From Polyangiales bacterium (GTDB lineage: Bacteria > Myxococcota_A > Polyangia > Polyangiales > Polyangiaceae), in NCBI GenBank assembly GCA_038230375.1, contig JBBRNJ010000002.1:32001-96000 (forward strand): 64,000 bases of DNA. Reading direction: 5' to 3'. Below the pieces are notes generated by a model that saw nothing but the letters and a program-made list of their open reading frames with translations, was not told the DNA's origin and made no database searches. Positions 47,583 through 57,515 of this stretch are shown here, piece by piece. The position numbers and the translations under genes are program-made. Each line of letters opens with the position of its first letter. The stretch's first letter is position 1.

Positions 47583-49528
47583 GCTTCTACGCCGACAACG
47601 AGGACATCCGGTTCTACTTCGAGCGCGCGATCCCCTGGGACGCGATCCGCGCCGCCGCCCGCTACAAGGGCCGCGAGGTCACGTTCGCGACCACCGAGGA
47701 GGCCGCGGAGTTCTATCGCGAGGTGGGCGCGTCCGTCGGTGAGCTCGTCGCGAAGGAGCTCGCTCCGCGTGTCGCCAAGATCGACCGCGAGGGCGCAACC
47801 CTTGTCAACGGCGAGGCGCACGACAGCCCCGAGATGGCCGCTGCGTTCCGCGCGTTCAAGGACGCAGAGCTGCATCGCATGTGCATCCCGTCCGAGCTCG
47901 GCGGCCTGGACGTTCCGCTGATCGTCTACTTCCTGGGCGGCGAGATGATCGCGCGCGCGGACGTCTCCGCCATGACCCACTTCTCGTTCCACGGCGGCAT
48001 GGGCCTGGCGATGCTCTGGTACTCGATGCAGGAGGGCACCACCAAGCTGGGGCCCGATGGCATCGACTTCGCCGGCACGCGCTTCGCTTCGTACATCCAG
48101 GAGCTCGCGCGCGGCGACGCGTGGGGAGCCATGGACATCACGGAGCCGAACGCCGGTAGCGACATGGCGGCGCTCCGCACGCGCGCGGAGCTCGGGGCGG
48201 ATGGCGTCTACCGTCTCCACGGGCAGAAGATCTTCATCACCTCGGGCCACGGCAAGTTCCATTTTGTGGTCGCGCGCACCGAGGAAACACCCGGAGCGGA
48301 GCATCGCGAGCCGAACGATCCGCTCTCTGGCCTGGGCGGCCTCTCCATGTTCCTGGTGAAGGCGTACGACGATCTCCCGAACGGCGAGCGGAAGCGCCAC
48401 GTTGTGATCGAGCGCCTCGAGGAGAAGCTGGGGCACCACGGGTCCGTGACCGCCGCTCTCCAGTTCGACGGCGTACCGGGCGAGCTGATCGGCAAGCGAG
48501 GCGAGGGCTTCAAGTACATGCTCACGCTCATGAACGGGGCGCGCGTGGGCGTCGGCTTCGAGGCGATCGGCCTTGCGGAGGCCGCGATGCGCATGGCGCG
48601 CGCCTACGCCGAAGAGCGCTGCAGCATGGGCAAGCCCATCGCGCGGCACGAGATGATCGCGGACTACCTGGACGAGATGGAGGTCGACATCAAGGCGCTC
48701 CGCGCGCTGGCGGTGACGTGCGCTCTGAACGAGGAGCTCGCGCAGAAGCTGTTCATGTTCAGCGAGGCAGGCGACGGTACCGCAGAGGAACGCGCCCGCG
48801 CGAAGGCGGAGATGGCGAAGCGGAAGCACGATGGACGCCGCCTCACGCCGCTGCTCAAGTATGCCGCGACGGAGAAGGCGCTCGAGATCGCGCGTCGCAA
48901 CATGCAGATCCACGGCGGCGTGGGCTACACGAAGGAGTACGGCGCCGAGCGCCTCATGCGCGACGCATTGGTCCTTCCCGTATACGAGGGCACGAGCCAG
49001 ATCCAGTCCCTCATGGCCATGAAGGACACACTGGGCGACATCATGAAGCGCCCGCAGGCGTTCGCGATGCGTGTCGCCGAGGCAAGGTGGCAGTCGCTCT
49101 CCGCACGTGATCCTCTCGCGCGCCGTCTCGCGAAGATGAGCGCGCTGTCGCTCTCCGCACAGCAACACCTGCTCGCGCGCACGGCGAAGGACAAGTGGAA
49201 GACGCTGGCGAAGGAGCCCATGTCCTCGTGGATGGTGGCGCTGAAGAAGGACTGGGATCCCAAGAAGGACTTCGCGCGCGCCATGCTGCATGCGGAGCGC
49301 CTCACGAAGATCCTGGCGGACGTCGCCATCGCGGAGATCCTGTTCGAGCAGGGCGAGAAGTGGCCGGAGCGGCGTGACCTCTGCGAGCGCTGGCTCGATC
49401 GCGCCGAGCTCCGCGTCAGGGCGATGCACGAGGAGATCACGACGACCGGCGATCGCTTGCTCGCAAGGCTCGAGGCCCAGGAGCACGAGGCACGAGCGTC
49501 GGGAGAAGCCCGCGCCGCCGCAGAGTAG
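47579..49528 (+). CDS. Acyl-CoA dehydrogenase family protein
   Basis: MDITEPNAGSD, GQKIFITSG, EEKLGHHGS, QIHGGVGY, YEGTSQIQ. Confidence 0.93.
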   Translation: MSFYADNEDIRFYFERAIPWDAIRAAARYKGREVTFATTEEAAEFYREVGASVGELVAKELAPRVAKIDREGATLVNGEAHDSPEMAAAFRAFKDAELHRMCIPSELGGLDVPLIVYFLGGEMIARADVSAMTHFSFHGGMGLAMLWYSMQEGTTKLGPDGIDFAGTRFASYIQELARGDAWGAMDITEPNAGSDMAALRTRAELGADGVYRLHGQKIFITSGHGKFHFVVARTEETPGAEHREPNDPLSGLGGLSMFLVKAYDDLPNGERKRHVVIERLEEKLGHHGSVTAALQFDGVPGELIGKRGEGFKYMLTLMNGARVGVGFEAIGLAEAAMRMARAYAEERCSMGKPIARHEMIADYLDEMEVDIKALRALAVTCALNEELAQKLFMFSEAGDGTAEERARAKAEMAKRKHDGRRLTPLLKYAATEKALEIARRNMQIHGGVGYTKEYGAERLMRDALVLPVYEGTSQIQSLMAMKDTLGDIMKRPQAFAMRVAEARWQSLSARDPLARRLAKMSALSLSAQQHLLARTAKDKWKTLAKEPMSSWMVALKKDWDPKKDFARAMLHAERLTKILADVAIAEILFEQGEKWPERRDLCERWLDRAELRVRAMHEEITTTGDRLLARLEAQEHEARASGEARAAAE

Positions 49529-49542
49529 CGGTGCCCTGGGGC

Positions 49543-50412
49543 TCAGCCCTTGGTCGCGACCGCGAGCCGCTCGAGCATTGGTAGTACGGGCGGCGTCCGG
49601 GTGTGTGCCTGCGCCCACTCGAACGGTCCCGTGTCCTCGCGTGGCGAGAACCCGGCCGCGGCGAGCAATTGCGCCATGTCGGCGCGTGAGTAGAGCCCGC
49701 GCAGCGGCTCGCCGATCAGCGAGAATACTGCGCGGATCAGCGGCCGCGTGCTCTTCGGTACGGGGGACAGCTCGGGGAGCGCGTACGTGACGGCGAGCGC
49801 ACTGCCGGGCGCGAGCAGCTCGGACAGAACGGCGGCCGTGCCCTTCGCTGCTTCCGCGGTGAGATACATCGTCACGCCCTCCCAGATCACGAACGTGGGC
49901 CGCGTCCGATCAAACCTGGCGGTGTCGAGAGCGCGCGCAAGTGAGTCTTTCTCGAAGTCGACGGGGACGTAGGTGATGTCCGCGTAAGGCGCGAGGTCTC
50001 TGGCGCGCGCGCGCTTCTCTGCCTGCGTGCTGGGGTGGTCCACCTCGAAGCAGGGCACATCCGTGAGCTGGGGTAGCCGATAGGCGCGCGCGTCCGCGCC
50101 CGCACCAAGAAGCATCACCTGCGGCAGGTCCGTTCGCGCAAGGAACCGGAGGAGCGCGGCGTCGATCGCGAGCGTGCGCAGCTCGATGTGGTGCACCAGT
50201 CCACCCGTGGCCATTCGAAGCGCGATGTTCCCGGCGCGTGTCAGCGCCACGGTGCCGAGCGCGCCCACGGCTGCCCCCATTCCCCCCGGGAGCAAGTTCT
50301 TCGCGAACGGATCGAGTACGCCGTCGCTCGCTCCTGAGGCATCGGCCTCGCCGCGCGCGAGTCCACGCGCAGCCGAAACGAGCAAAGCGGTGAGGCTCTC
50401 TCTCTTCTCCAT
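49543..50412 (-). CDS. SAM-dependent methyltransferase, leucine-carboxyl-methyltransferase-like family
   Basis: DPFA, RTLAID, QVMLLGAGADARAYRL, FEVDHP, WEGVTMYL. Confidence 0.9.
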   Translation of the reverse strand: MEKRESLTALLVSAARGLARGEADASGASDGVLDPFAKNLLPGGMGAAVGALGTVALTRAGNIALRMATGGLVHHIELRTLAIDAALLRFLARTDLPQVMLLGAGADARAYRLPQLTDVPCFEVDHPSTQAEKRARARDLAPYADITYVPVDFEKDSLARALDTARFDRTRPTFVIWEGVTMYLTAEAAKGTAAVLSELLAPGSALAVTYALPELSPVPKSTRPLIRAVFSLIGEPLRGLYSRADMAQLLAAAGFSPREDTGPFEWAQAHTRTPPVLPMLERLAVATKG

Positions 50413-50421
50413 CGTCTCCTC

Positions 50422-50943
50422 CTACGGCACGTGCGAGATGATCTCCCAGTGTGTGACGAGGGGATCGCGGTACTGGACGCATGTCGTACGCGGAAGGTCG
50501 CAGCCGCGGTAGGAGCCCGTGCACGCAGGATTCGAAGTCGGGGTTCCTCCGGCGTTCGTGCACGAGGCGTCACTCGGCGCGCAGGAGGAGAGGTACGTGG
50601 TGACGCTCTGCGCGCAGATCGTGTTGTTCATGACGCCCACGCACACGTTGAGCTGCGCGCGAGGGTTCGAGTTCTGAGTTGCCGCAGTGAGAACCATGGC
50701 CATCTCGCCAGCGACGCATGGTCCCGCGGGAAGGTGCTGCCAGAGGGGCAGTTGCACCGGGCGATTCGCGGCGAGCATGCGGTTGACCACCGCGCTCGGG
50801 TCAGCCACTTGCGGGACGATCGTCGGCGGAGCCACCATCGTGGTCACTGTCTCCGCACGCACCACCGCAGCGGTGGTTCCGATCAGCGCAGCGCTGAAGA
50901 CCGAGAGGAAGAGGGCTACGCGGACAGGATGTACGATTCTCAT
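50422..50943 (-). CDS. Secreted Cys-rich protein
   Basis: Signal peptide ending VRA; eight Cys in the mature part. Confidence 0.65.
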   Translation of the reverse strand: MRIVHPVRVALFLSVFSAALIGTTAAVVRAETVTTMVAPPTIVPQVADPSAVVNRMLAANRPVQLPLWQHLPAGPCVAGEMAMVLTAATQNSNPRAQLNVCVGVMNNTICAQSVTTYLSSCAPSDASCTNAGGTPTSNPACTGSYRGCDLPRTTCVQYRDPLVTHWEIISHVP

Positions 50944-51067
50944 GCTCGCACCGTAGTCCAGGCGCCGGACCCCGAAAAGGCGAAAGGCTCGTGGCGTCAC
51001 ACGCGGTCGAGGCACGCACCGTCCACGGTGAGAGCTTCGTGCAGGCGCATGCGCTAGAGTGCGCGCA

Positions 51068-52564
51068 ATGTCACGCGACCTTCACCTCGCGCTGATCCTT
51101 CTCACGCTTGTCGCGTGCGCGTCCAGGCCGCCTCGTTCTCATGAGGCGGTGACGGCGGTGGCGGTGGTGATCGCGGATGCAGCCGCGCCGGAGGTGCCTG
51201 ATGCCGGGGCTGGCCTTCCGCCCTCACGCGTGCGCTGGGAGCCGACGGAATGGGTCTCGTGGGAAGGTGGGACAGGCTACGTCGCGAGCGGACGGCGCGT
51301 CGTCCGCGATGCCAGCGGCGATCACGTGGTCGATCCAGCCGATCCGCCGCTCGAGTATGTGCTCAAGGTCCCAGCGACGCTCGGACGCGGGTACGTCTTC
51401 CTTGGTCCGATCAACGTTTACGCCTCCGAGCGGTTCGACGGACCGCTCAACCCAGTCGTCAGGCGCACGGACCGCGCCGGCAGGATGTTCGTCGGGCTCG
51501 GCTTCGACGCGATCTATCTCGACTACTCCGGCGCTTCCCTCGAACGCTACGAGCTGCCGAGCGGCCGCCCGCTTCCGATCGAGCCGCCGAACGCCGTGCG
51601 TGTGATGGGCCATCCGCTCGGCTATGTCGTCGCGGCCGTCCATGGCTCCTATGTCTTCGCGGACGCGCCGGGAACGTGGAAGCCCTTGAACCTCAAGACC
51701 GACTCGCGGAGCGGGGGTGACATCTTCTGGCATCCGAAGCAGGGGCTCCTCGTCAACACGACGAAGGGCTTCGTCGCGGTCGAGGCCGGCGGCCGCACGA
51801 AGCCGAGCGCGCAGCGGGCCACCCGCGAGTTCTTCGCCGAGACCAGCGAGCGCGGCGCCTTCGTCGAGCTTGCCTCGAACACGCTCGACGCGGTCGGCGA
51901 CCGTCCTTCGTCGAGCGCTGGCGATCTGTGGGACGCCGAGCGTCTGGACGGCGATGTCGTCGCGGTGAAGCACAGCACCTGCTCGGGCGCGACGTCCAAA
52001 CCGAATGTACTCTGCATCAAAAAACGCGACGGCAAGTGGACCGAGGGATGGCTGCCGGAGGCGAACGTCGATTGGAGCATCGCGATCTGGGCCTCGAAGG
52101 GCGACAAGCTCCTGGGCCTTCTGGGGAACGCTCAGGCGTGCGTCCTCGTCGCACCGCTCGACCAAAAGCACGTCGCGCTGCCGTGCCCCGGCTTCATGGT
52201 TTCGGGCGACGCGCATGGTCGGGGGAGCATCACGCCCGCAGGCGCCCTCCGCGTGGTGCTCGGCCACGTCACCGGGATCGGTATCAGCGAGATCTCGCTC
52301 GACGGCACGGTGGTCGACGAGCCGCTGCCGCCCCACATCCAGTCCTCGACCGCAGGCCGGCGCGCCCTGCTCGTGCTCACCGATCGCACGCTGCTGGAGA
52401 CGAACGACGACGGCAAGTCGTGGGTGCAGGTCCCGCCGCCGCCGTTCGGGGTGAGCCGGCTCGAGCTCGCGAGTGGCCAAGCACGTGGGTGGCTCAGCGC
52501 GTGCGCCGAGTCGGGCTGCCGATTCTACGACGGCACCCGTCGCGTAGGGTGGGAGCTGCCGTAG
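51068..52564 (+). CDS. Lipoprotein of unknown function (beta-propeller/BNR-like)
   Basis: Lipobox LVAC; Asp-box-like ETNDDGKSW; C-terminal CAESGC...RVGW. Confidence 0.7.
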   Translation: MSRDLHLALILLTLVACASRPPRSHEAVTAVAVVIADAAAPEVPDAGAGLPPSRVRWEPTEWVSWEGGTGYVASGRRVVRDASGDHVVDPADPPLEYVLKVPATLGRGYVFLGPINVYASERFDGPLNPVVRRTDRAGRMFVGLGFDAIYLDYSGASLERYELPSGRPLPIEPPNAVRVMGHPLGYVVAAVHGSYVFADAPGTWKPLNLKTDSRSGGDIFWHPKQGLLVNTTKGFVAVEAGGRTKPSAQRATREFFAETSERGAFVELASNTLDAVGDRPSSSAGDLWDAERLDGDVVAVKHSTCSGATSKPNVLCIKKRDGKWTEGWLPEANVDWSIAIWASKGDKLLGLLGNAQACVLVAPLDQKHVALPCPGFMVSGDAHGRGSITPAGALRVVLGHVTGIGISEISLDGTVVDEPLPPHIQSSTAGRRALLVLTDRTLLETNDDGKSWVQVPPPPFGVSRLELASGQARGWLSACAESGCRFYDGTRRVGWELP

Positions 52565-52604
52565 GCCCTTCGCGGCCGCCCTGTCCAGAAAGCGCAAAGC
52601 GTAA

Positions 52605-52632
52605 AGGCTCGGTCGCTTTCGCCACCGAGCCT
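52605..52632 (-). terminator. Hairpin downstream of tRNA-Pro, probable terminator
   Basis: aggctcggt...accgagcct, followed on the minus strand by short T runs. Confidence 0.55.
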
Positions 52633-52638
52633 CTTCAG

Positions 52639-52713
52639 TCGGGGCGAGTGGATTCGAACCACCGACCCCTAGACCCCCAGTCTAGTGCGCTAACCAGGCT
52701 GCGCTACGCCCCG
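52639..52713 (-). tRNA. tRNA-Pro (GGG)
   Basis: Reverse complement CGGGGCGTAGCGCAGCCTGGTTAGCGCACTAGACTGGGGGTCTAGGGGTCGGTGGTTCGAATCCACTCGCCCCGA; anticodon GGG. Confidence 0.95.
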
Positions 52714-52852
52714 ACGTTTCCGTGTTTCCACGAAAGCGGGCGGACCTTAGCGCCGTGGCGTACCAAAAGACATCGAAATCCTTCGCGCGCCACAAAGCGA
52801 AGAACCCCGCGTTGCTCGCGCAGCGTAGGGCTCATTCAAGTGGCGTTGGAGA

Positions 52853-54610
52853 TCAGGGCATCGCGGGCGGGGGAGCTGCCATCGAGGAGCACATGTCCGT
52901 CTTGCCTGCGTCCGTGAGGAGGTCGTCCTTGACCGCGCGAGAGTTGCAGGGCTCGTCCTCGTTCCACTCTTTCCAGTCGGCCGACTTGCCGATCTTCGCG
53001 GCGTAGTCCTTGTAAACCGAGTAGCCGCTCGCCGTGTTCTTGAAGACGGTGGGCTGCTTGCAGACGCCGGCCTTGTCGTTCGTGGCCTTCTCGTCCTTCG
53101 CGAAGCTCTGGATGATGTCGTTCATCGCGGCGGTGGTGGTGTCCCAGCAGCAGGTCTTGCTGACCTCGTACTGGAGCTCGGCGTAGACGTAGTCCTCGAG
53201 GGTGCGGTACTGCGCGTCGACTTCCGCCTTGGACTTGCTGAAGGACGTCTGCATCACGTCGTAGAGCACCTTGAAGTTCTCCTCGCGCTTGGTGCGCGCC
53301 GAGCAGCTCGCGGGCTTGTCGTGGAGGGTGGTGCGCGCCGAGGTGATCCCGTTGACGGCGTTGTCGCGGGTCTCCTCGGGGCTCGCGGCCTTGAGCAGCT
53401 CGGCGAAGCGCGCCGGCCGGGCCGAGATGCTGACCAGGTTGGAGTCGTTGATGTAGACGGGACGGTCGAGCATCGGAACGATGTTGTTCCAGCGGCCCGC
53501 GGTCACGACCGGGGTGCGCCAGCGACGGATGCCGCCGCCGAGCTTCGCGTACTCCGAGCCGTCCCACGCGGCGCCAACGCCGCCGGTCTGATCGCTCGTG
53601 AAGTAGGACATCGAGTCCGCCGGACCCTGCCACTTGGGCTGACGGCGCGGCATGGAGCCTGTCGAGACCGTGATCGCCATGCGGTTCGCGTCGGGGTGAT
53701 CGACGAGGATGACCGGGAGCGTGTGACCGATACCGTTCTTCTGCCAGCGCTCGAGGAGTGCGTCGCCGGGACGCGTCGACTCGGGCTTGATGTGGAACAT
53801 GTTCGCGCCGTCGGCGAGGTTCGCGCTGCCGAAGAGTCCGTCCATGAGGACGATGAAGTGACCGACGCGCTTGTTGAGGAAGATCTCGTCGTAGTACGCG
53901 CCAGCGCCGGCGGGAGAGCCGTCTGGGTTGGTGACGAAGTTGACGGTGTCGTTGTCGCCAACGTGCTTCTTGCGGAGCGACGCATCGGACGGCCAGGTGG
54001 CGCCCGCATGCCACGTCTTCTCGTTGTCGCCGTACTGCGCCTTGAAGTGCGGGTAGCTGGTGAGCGGCTGGCCGCTCGCGTCGACGATGCCGAAGTGACC
54101 GGCGTACATCACGCGCTTCGCGTTTGCGTCGTAGCCCGTGAGGTAGAAGGGCAGGTGGTACCAGGACGAGAACGTGATGCGGAGCCAGATCGCAACGTCC
54201 GCGCATTCGAGCGCCGGGCCGGGCATCTTCTTGCCATAGGGGGTCGTGATCTGGATGGTGCTGTCCCACCCGTTCTGGCCGGGGATCTTCTCCACGGAGG
54301 AGAGCCATGCGCCGAACTTCTCTTCCCAGGTCAGGCCGGAGTTTGCGGCCCAGCCGATGCCCGCGAGCTTCGCGTTGGCGGTGTCCTTGTCGGCCCACTG
54401 GTTCTGGACGGACCAGACCTCTGCGTCGGTCGAAGCGACGGAGGGGCCGGCGGCGACCTCGTTGACGTCCTGGCCGCTGGAATCGAGCGTCCCCTCATCA
54501 CCACCACCACCACCGGACGAGTCCGAGGCGGAGTCGGCGCTGGCGCAGCCAACGGCGAGGGTGGAAGAAGCGAGCAGGGTGGAGAGGAGCATGAGCTTGC
54601 GGATGTTCAT
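52853..54610 (-). CDS. Lipoprotein with putative papain-like/NlpC-P60-type Cys-His catalytic domain
   Basis: Lipobox AVGC; ECADVAIWLR and RPGDALL...GHTL motifs. Confidence 0.75.
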   Translation of the reverse strand: MNIRKLMLLSTLLASSTLAVGCASADSASDSSGGGGGDEGTLDSSGQDVNEVAAGPSVASTDAEVWSVQNQWADKDTANAKLAGIGWAANSGLTWEEKFGAWLSSVEKIPGQNGWDSTIQITTPYGKKMPGPALECADVAIWLRITFSSWYHLPFYLTGYDANAKRVMYAGHFGIVDASGQPLTSYPHFKAQYGDNEKTWHAGATWPSDASLRKKHVGDNDTVNFVTNPDGSPAGAGAYYDEIFLNKRVGHFIVLMDGLFGSANLADGANMFHIKPESTRPGDALLERWQKNGIGHTLPVILVDHPDANRMAITVSTGSMPRRQPKWQGPADSMSYFTSDQTGGVGAAWDGSEYAKLGGGIRRWRTPVVTAGRWNNIVPMLDRPVYINDSNLVSISARPARFAELLKAASPEETRDNAVNGITSARTTLHDKPASCSARTKREENFKVLYDVMQTSFSKSKAEVDAQYRTLEDYVYAELQYEVSKTCCWDTTTAAMNDIIQSFAKDEKATNDKAGVCKQPTVFKNTASGYSVYKDYAAKIGKSADWKEWNEDEPCNSRAVKDDLLTDAGKTDMCSSMAAPPPAMP

Positions 54611-54962
54611 TGTGGCCTCGCTCGGGAGTACTGCAGGTAGGATGCCATCGTACGTTTGGCCCGGTACCCTCACAAACCAGCGGGAAACCGTGTAGCCGAT
54701 TGTCCTACATCCCAACACACGGTGGGCAAAGTGGATAATTCCCGATCCGAAACTGGATCCCACCCGTATCAGTCCCAGTAGATCCCACCTGTATCCACTC
54801 GAACCCCCAAGATGGGGCCCGAGCGATCCCCGATGGATCCTCCGCACATCAGCCGGTATCCACGCGGTTCACAACGGCGCGCCCGGCGACACGGGCCCGA
54901 CTGGCGGCGCCGGCAGATGCGGATGCAAGACCGCTGGCGCGCCACTCGGTGTGTCCACGGGC

Positions 54963-56384
54963 TCAGGCGGCCTCGGCGGCCTGCTCCTCGCCCTTCGGGT
55001 CGTTCTTCGTCGCAAGAGCCGGCGCTGAGCTGACGAACCTGGTGCGCCGGAGCCGCACGTACAGGAGCGTTGCGTTCAACGTTGTCTCGGCGATGAAGCC
55101 GAGCCACCCGCCCACCGCGCCCATGCCCATCTGCTTGCCAAGGACATAGGCAAACGTCGGGATGGTGAGGAGCGCGACCGAGACGCCGCAGATGGCAACG
55201 AAGGTTGCGTCCTTCGCGCCACGCAGCACACCGCGGAGCACGATGCTCACTGCATCGAGCACCTGGAACGCGGCTGCGATGTACAGCAGTCGCGTCGCCA
55301 CCCGCAGCACGTCCACGTCGGACGTGAACGCGCGCGCGATCGCGGGGCCGAACAGCGCGAAGCACAGGCCACAGAACGCCATGAAGCCCATGCCAAGGCG
55401 CAGCGCGGACCGTGCGATGCGCGGAACGCGACCGGGATCCCCCTTGCCCAGCGACTGACCTACGAGGACGCAGGCGGCCTCGCTGATCGCGATACCGGGC
55501 AAGAACGACGCGCGGATCACGTTGAGCGCGATCTGGTGCGCAGCGATCTCCGTGCTCGCGATGGAGCCCAGGATCGACGTGAACGCAGTGAACGCGAACA
55601 CCTCGATCGCGAACTGCAGGCCTGTGGGTAGTCCCGTCTGGAGCACCTCCCACGTCGCTTCTCGCAGCCGCGCCAGCGCAGGCACGAAGTAGCGACGACC
55701 ATCACGCACGGCGAGCGCGCCGAGCGACACGAAGAGCAGCACCTCCGTCATGGATGTGGCGTAGCCGGCGCCGCTCGCGCCGAGCGCGGGCAGTCCGAAC
55801 TTGCCATAGATGAGCCCGTAGCCCAGGAAGCCGTGGAACACGTTTCCCGTGAGCTGAAGGATCATCGGCGAGCGCGAGTCACCCATGGCCTGTCTGTGCT
55901 GGATCAGCGCGGCGAACGCGCAGGTCGCCGGAGCGCCCCACGTGATGGCCGCGAGGAAGTCCTTCGCGTACGGGACGATCTCGGGGTCCGCACGGGTCAA
56001 CGTGAAGAGCCACGAGGCGTCGCGCCCGAAGATGAACACGCCCACGCCCGCCGCAAGCCCGAGCAGTACGCCCGAGAGCAGGAACGAGAACGACAGATCG
56101 CGGCGCCCTTCGCCGACGGCGTGAGACGTGCGGATCTTCACCGCGCGCATCAGTCCGTAGACGAACGAGTACGACAGGAACATGAAGATGATCGCGAGCC
56201 CCACGCCCCCGATCGCCGCCTTGCCGAGCCCCGCTACCAGGAACGTGTCGACGATGCCGATGACGGTCTCGCCGAGCATGGCCGCACAGATGGGCCACGC
56301 CAGGTCCATGATCTCGCGCGTCTCGGCCGCCAGGAACGGTTTTCTGTAAGCATGCTTACAAGAAGTGTCCACGCTCTGATTCAT
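54963..56384 (-). CDS. MATE family efflux transporter
   Basis: LAWP...IVDTFLVAGLG, GDSRSPM, LPALGASGAGYATS, AAHQIA, GVLRGAKD. Start uncertain (56309, 56384 or 56468). Confidence 0.9.
   Translation of the reverse strand: MNQSVDTSCKHAYRKPFLAAETREIMDLAWPICAAMLGETVIGIVDTFLVAGLGKAAIGGVGLAIIFMFLSYSFVYGLMRAVKIRTSHAVGEGRRDLSFSFLLSGVLLGLAAGVGVFIFGRDASWLFTLTRADPEIVPYAKDFLAAITWGAPATCAFAALIQHRQAMGDSRSPMILQLTGNVFHGFLGYGLIYGKFGLPALGASGAGYATSMTEVLLFVSLGALAVRDGRRYFVPALARLREATWEVLQTGLPTGLQFAIEVFAFTAFTSILGSIASTEIAAHQIALNVIRASFLPGIAISEAACVLVGQSLGKGDPGRVPRIARSALRLGMGFMAFCGLCFALFGPAIARAFTSDVDVLRVATRLLYIAAAFQVLDAVSIVLRGVLRGAKDATFVAICGVSVALLTIPTFAYVLGKQMGMGAVGGWLGFIAETTLNATLLYVRLRRTRFVSSAPALATKNDPKGEEQAAEAA
56345..56360. 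promoter_or_regulatory. Perfect 16-bp palindrome at the MATE 5' end, putative repressor operator
   Basis: TGTAAGCATGCTTACA is AT-rich within a GC-rich context. Confidence 0.55.
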
Positions 56385-56743
56385 AGGGCGCGAGCCGTCG
56401 TCCCGGGAGGCTTCCACCTCACGTTCGTCCGGTGCGCCCGGACGTTTGTGCCTGTTCTCTTTCTTCATGACCCACTTCTCTCTTCCGGAGCCCCCGGTTG
56501 CGCCTTCGCGCCCGGGCTCCTCGAGGGACGTGGGCGATGGCTAACTCTGAATCGTACGAACCGTCGTGTGCTTGCAGGAGTCGCAGCAGCAAGGCACGTG
56601 GAACGCGGCAGCGAGACAGACCCGCGCTGCGCAGAACGAAGCGACGAGGCAGGGGAGGGCGTTGCCTCCGATGCGCGCGCGCATGTTCGTGTTCCACGGG
56701 TTCTGCTGCATGAGGCTCACTATGGCCGGAGCCATGTGATGCG

Positions 56744-57505
56744 TCAACCGCGTGTTCGCTTTGCAAAGCGATACAGGCGCGCGGGCTTGCTGGGTGTGCG
56801 TCGCATCTCGCGGGTCTCCGCGATCACGCCTTCCTCGAGCATCCGCAGGAATCGTTTCCGGAAATTGCCCGGATCGAGCGGCTCGCCAAGGATGACCTCG
56901 TACGTGCCGCGCAGCTCCTGGATGGTGAAGGTCTCGGGCGTGAGCTCGAACGCGATGGAGCTCACGAGGAGCTCGCGCTGAACGAAGGTGCGCGCGGCGG
57001 CCAGGATCTCTCCGTGATCGAACGCCAGCTTGTGCGCCTTCGAGACGTCCAGGAACTGCGCCTGTGTGGCGTCGCCGCCGCCAACGGTCTTCTGCGCAAG
57101 CTCGGGCCGCACGAGCGCCACGTAGGCCACGCTGATCACGCGCGTGCGCGGATCGCGGCCTGGTTTTCCGAAAGCGCCGATCTGCGTGAGGTAGATGCGG
57201 GCATCGGAGAGCCCGGTCTCTTCGCTGAGCTCGCGGCGCGCGGCGTCCACGAGATCCTCGCCCTGCTCCACACGATCCTTCCCCACACGCAAGAAGCCGC
57301 CGGGTAGCGCGAGCGCGCCCTTGAAAGGGTGCTCGCCGCGCGTGACGAAGAGCGCAGCGAGCGCGCCGTCCTTGATGGTGAAGATGACGAGATCCACCGT
57401 GACGCTTGGTCGCGCGTAGTCGCCGGGCCGGTACGCCTCCAGGAAGGCTTGCTCGTCCTTCTTGCTGGCGCTGCTGCTTCCACCACGTGTGATCGATTGG
57501 CTCAT
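56744..57505 (-). CDS. nrtR: NrtR-type regulator (Nudix plus winged HTH)
   Basis: PSVTVDLVIF, ALPGGF, AARRELSEETG, RDPR, LAFDH, FTIQEL...LDPGNFRKR...PARLYRF. Confidence 0.88.
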   Translation of the reverse strand: MSQSITRGGSSSASKKDEQAFLEAYRPGDYARPSVTVDLVIFTIKDGALAALFVTRGEHPFKGALALPGGFLRVGKDRVEQGEDLVDAARRELSEETGLSDARIYLTQIGAFGKPGRDPRTRVISVAYVALVRPELAQKTVGGGDATQAQFLDVSKAHKLAFDHGEILAAARTFVQRELLVSSIAFELTPETFTIQELRGTYEVILGEPLDPGNFRKRFLRMLEEGVIAETREMRRTPSKPARLYRFAKRTRG

Positions 57506-57515
57506 GAACAGGTAC

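Noticed and set aside
47363..49618. 751-aa minus-strand ORF
   Set aside because: Antisense shadow of the acyl-CoA dehydrogenase gene.
49543..52713. Genomic island at tRNA-Pro
   Set aside because: No integrase or att duplication seen, although the neighbouring genes look accessory.
54611..54962. Replication origin (oriC)
   Set aside because: Only degenerate DnaA-like boxes, no AT-rich unwinding element, and no dnaA/dnaN/gidA context.
56469..56743. Small ORFs or a riboswitch between nrtR and the MATE gene
   Set aside because: The short ORFs lack motifs and convincing starts. One hairpin (GGAGCC...GGCTCC) is present, but no recognisable riboswitch consensus.
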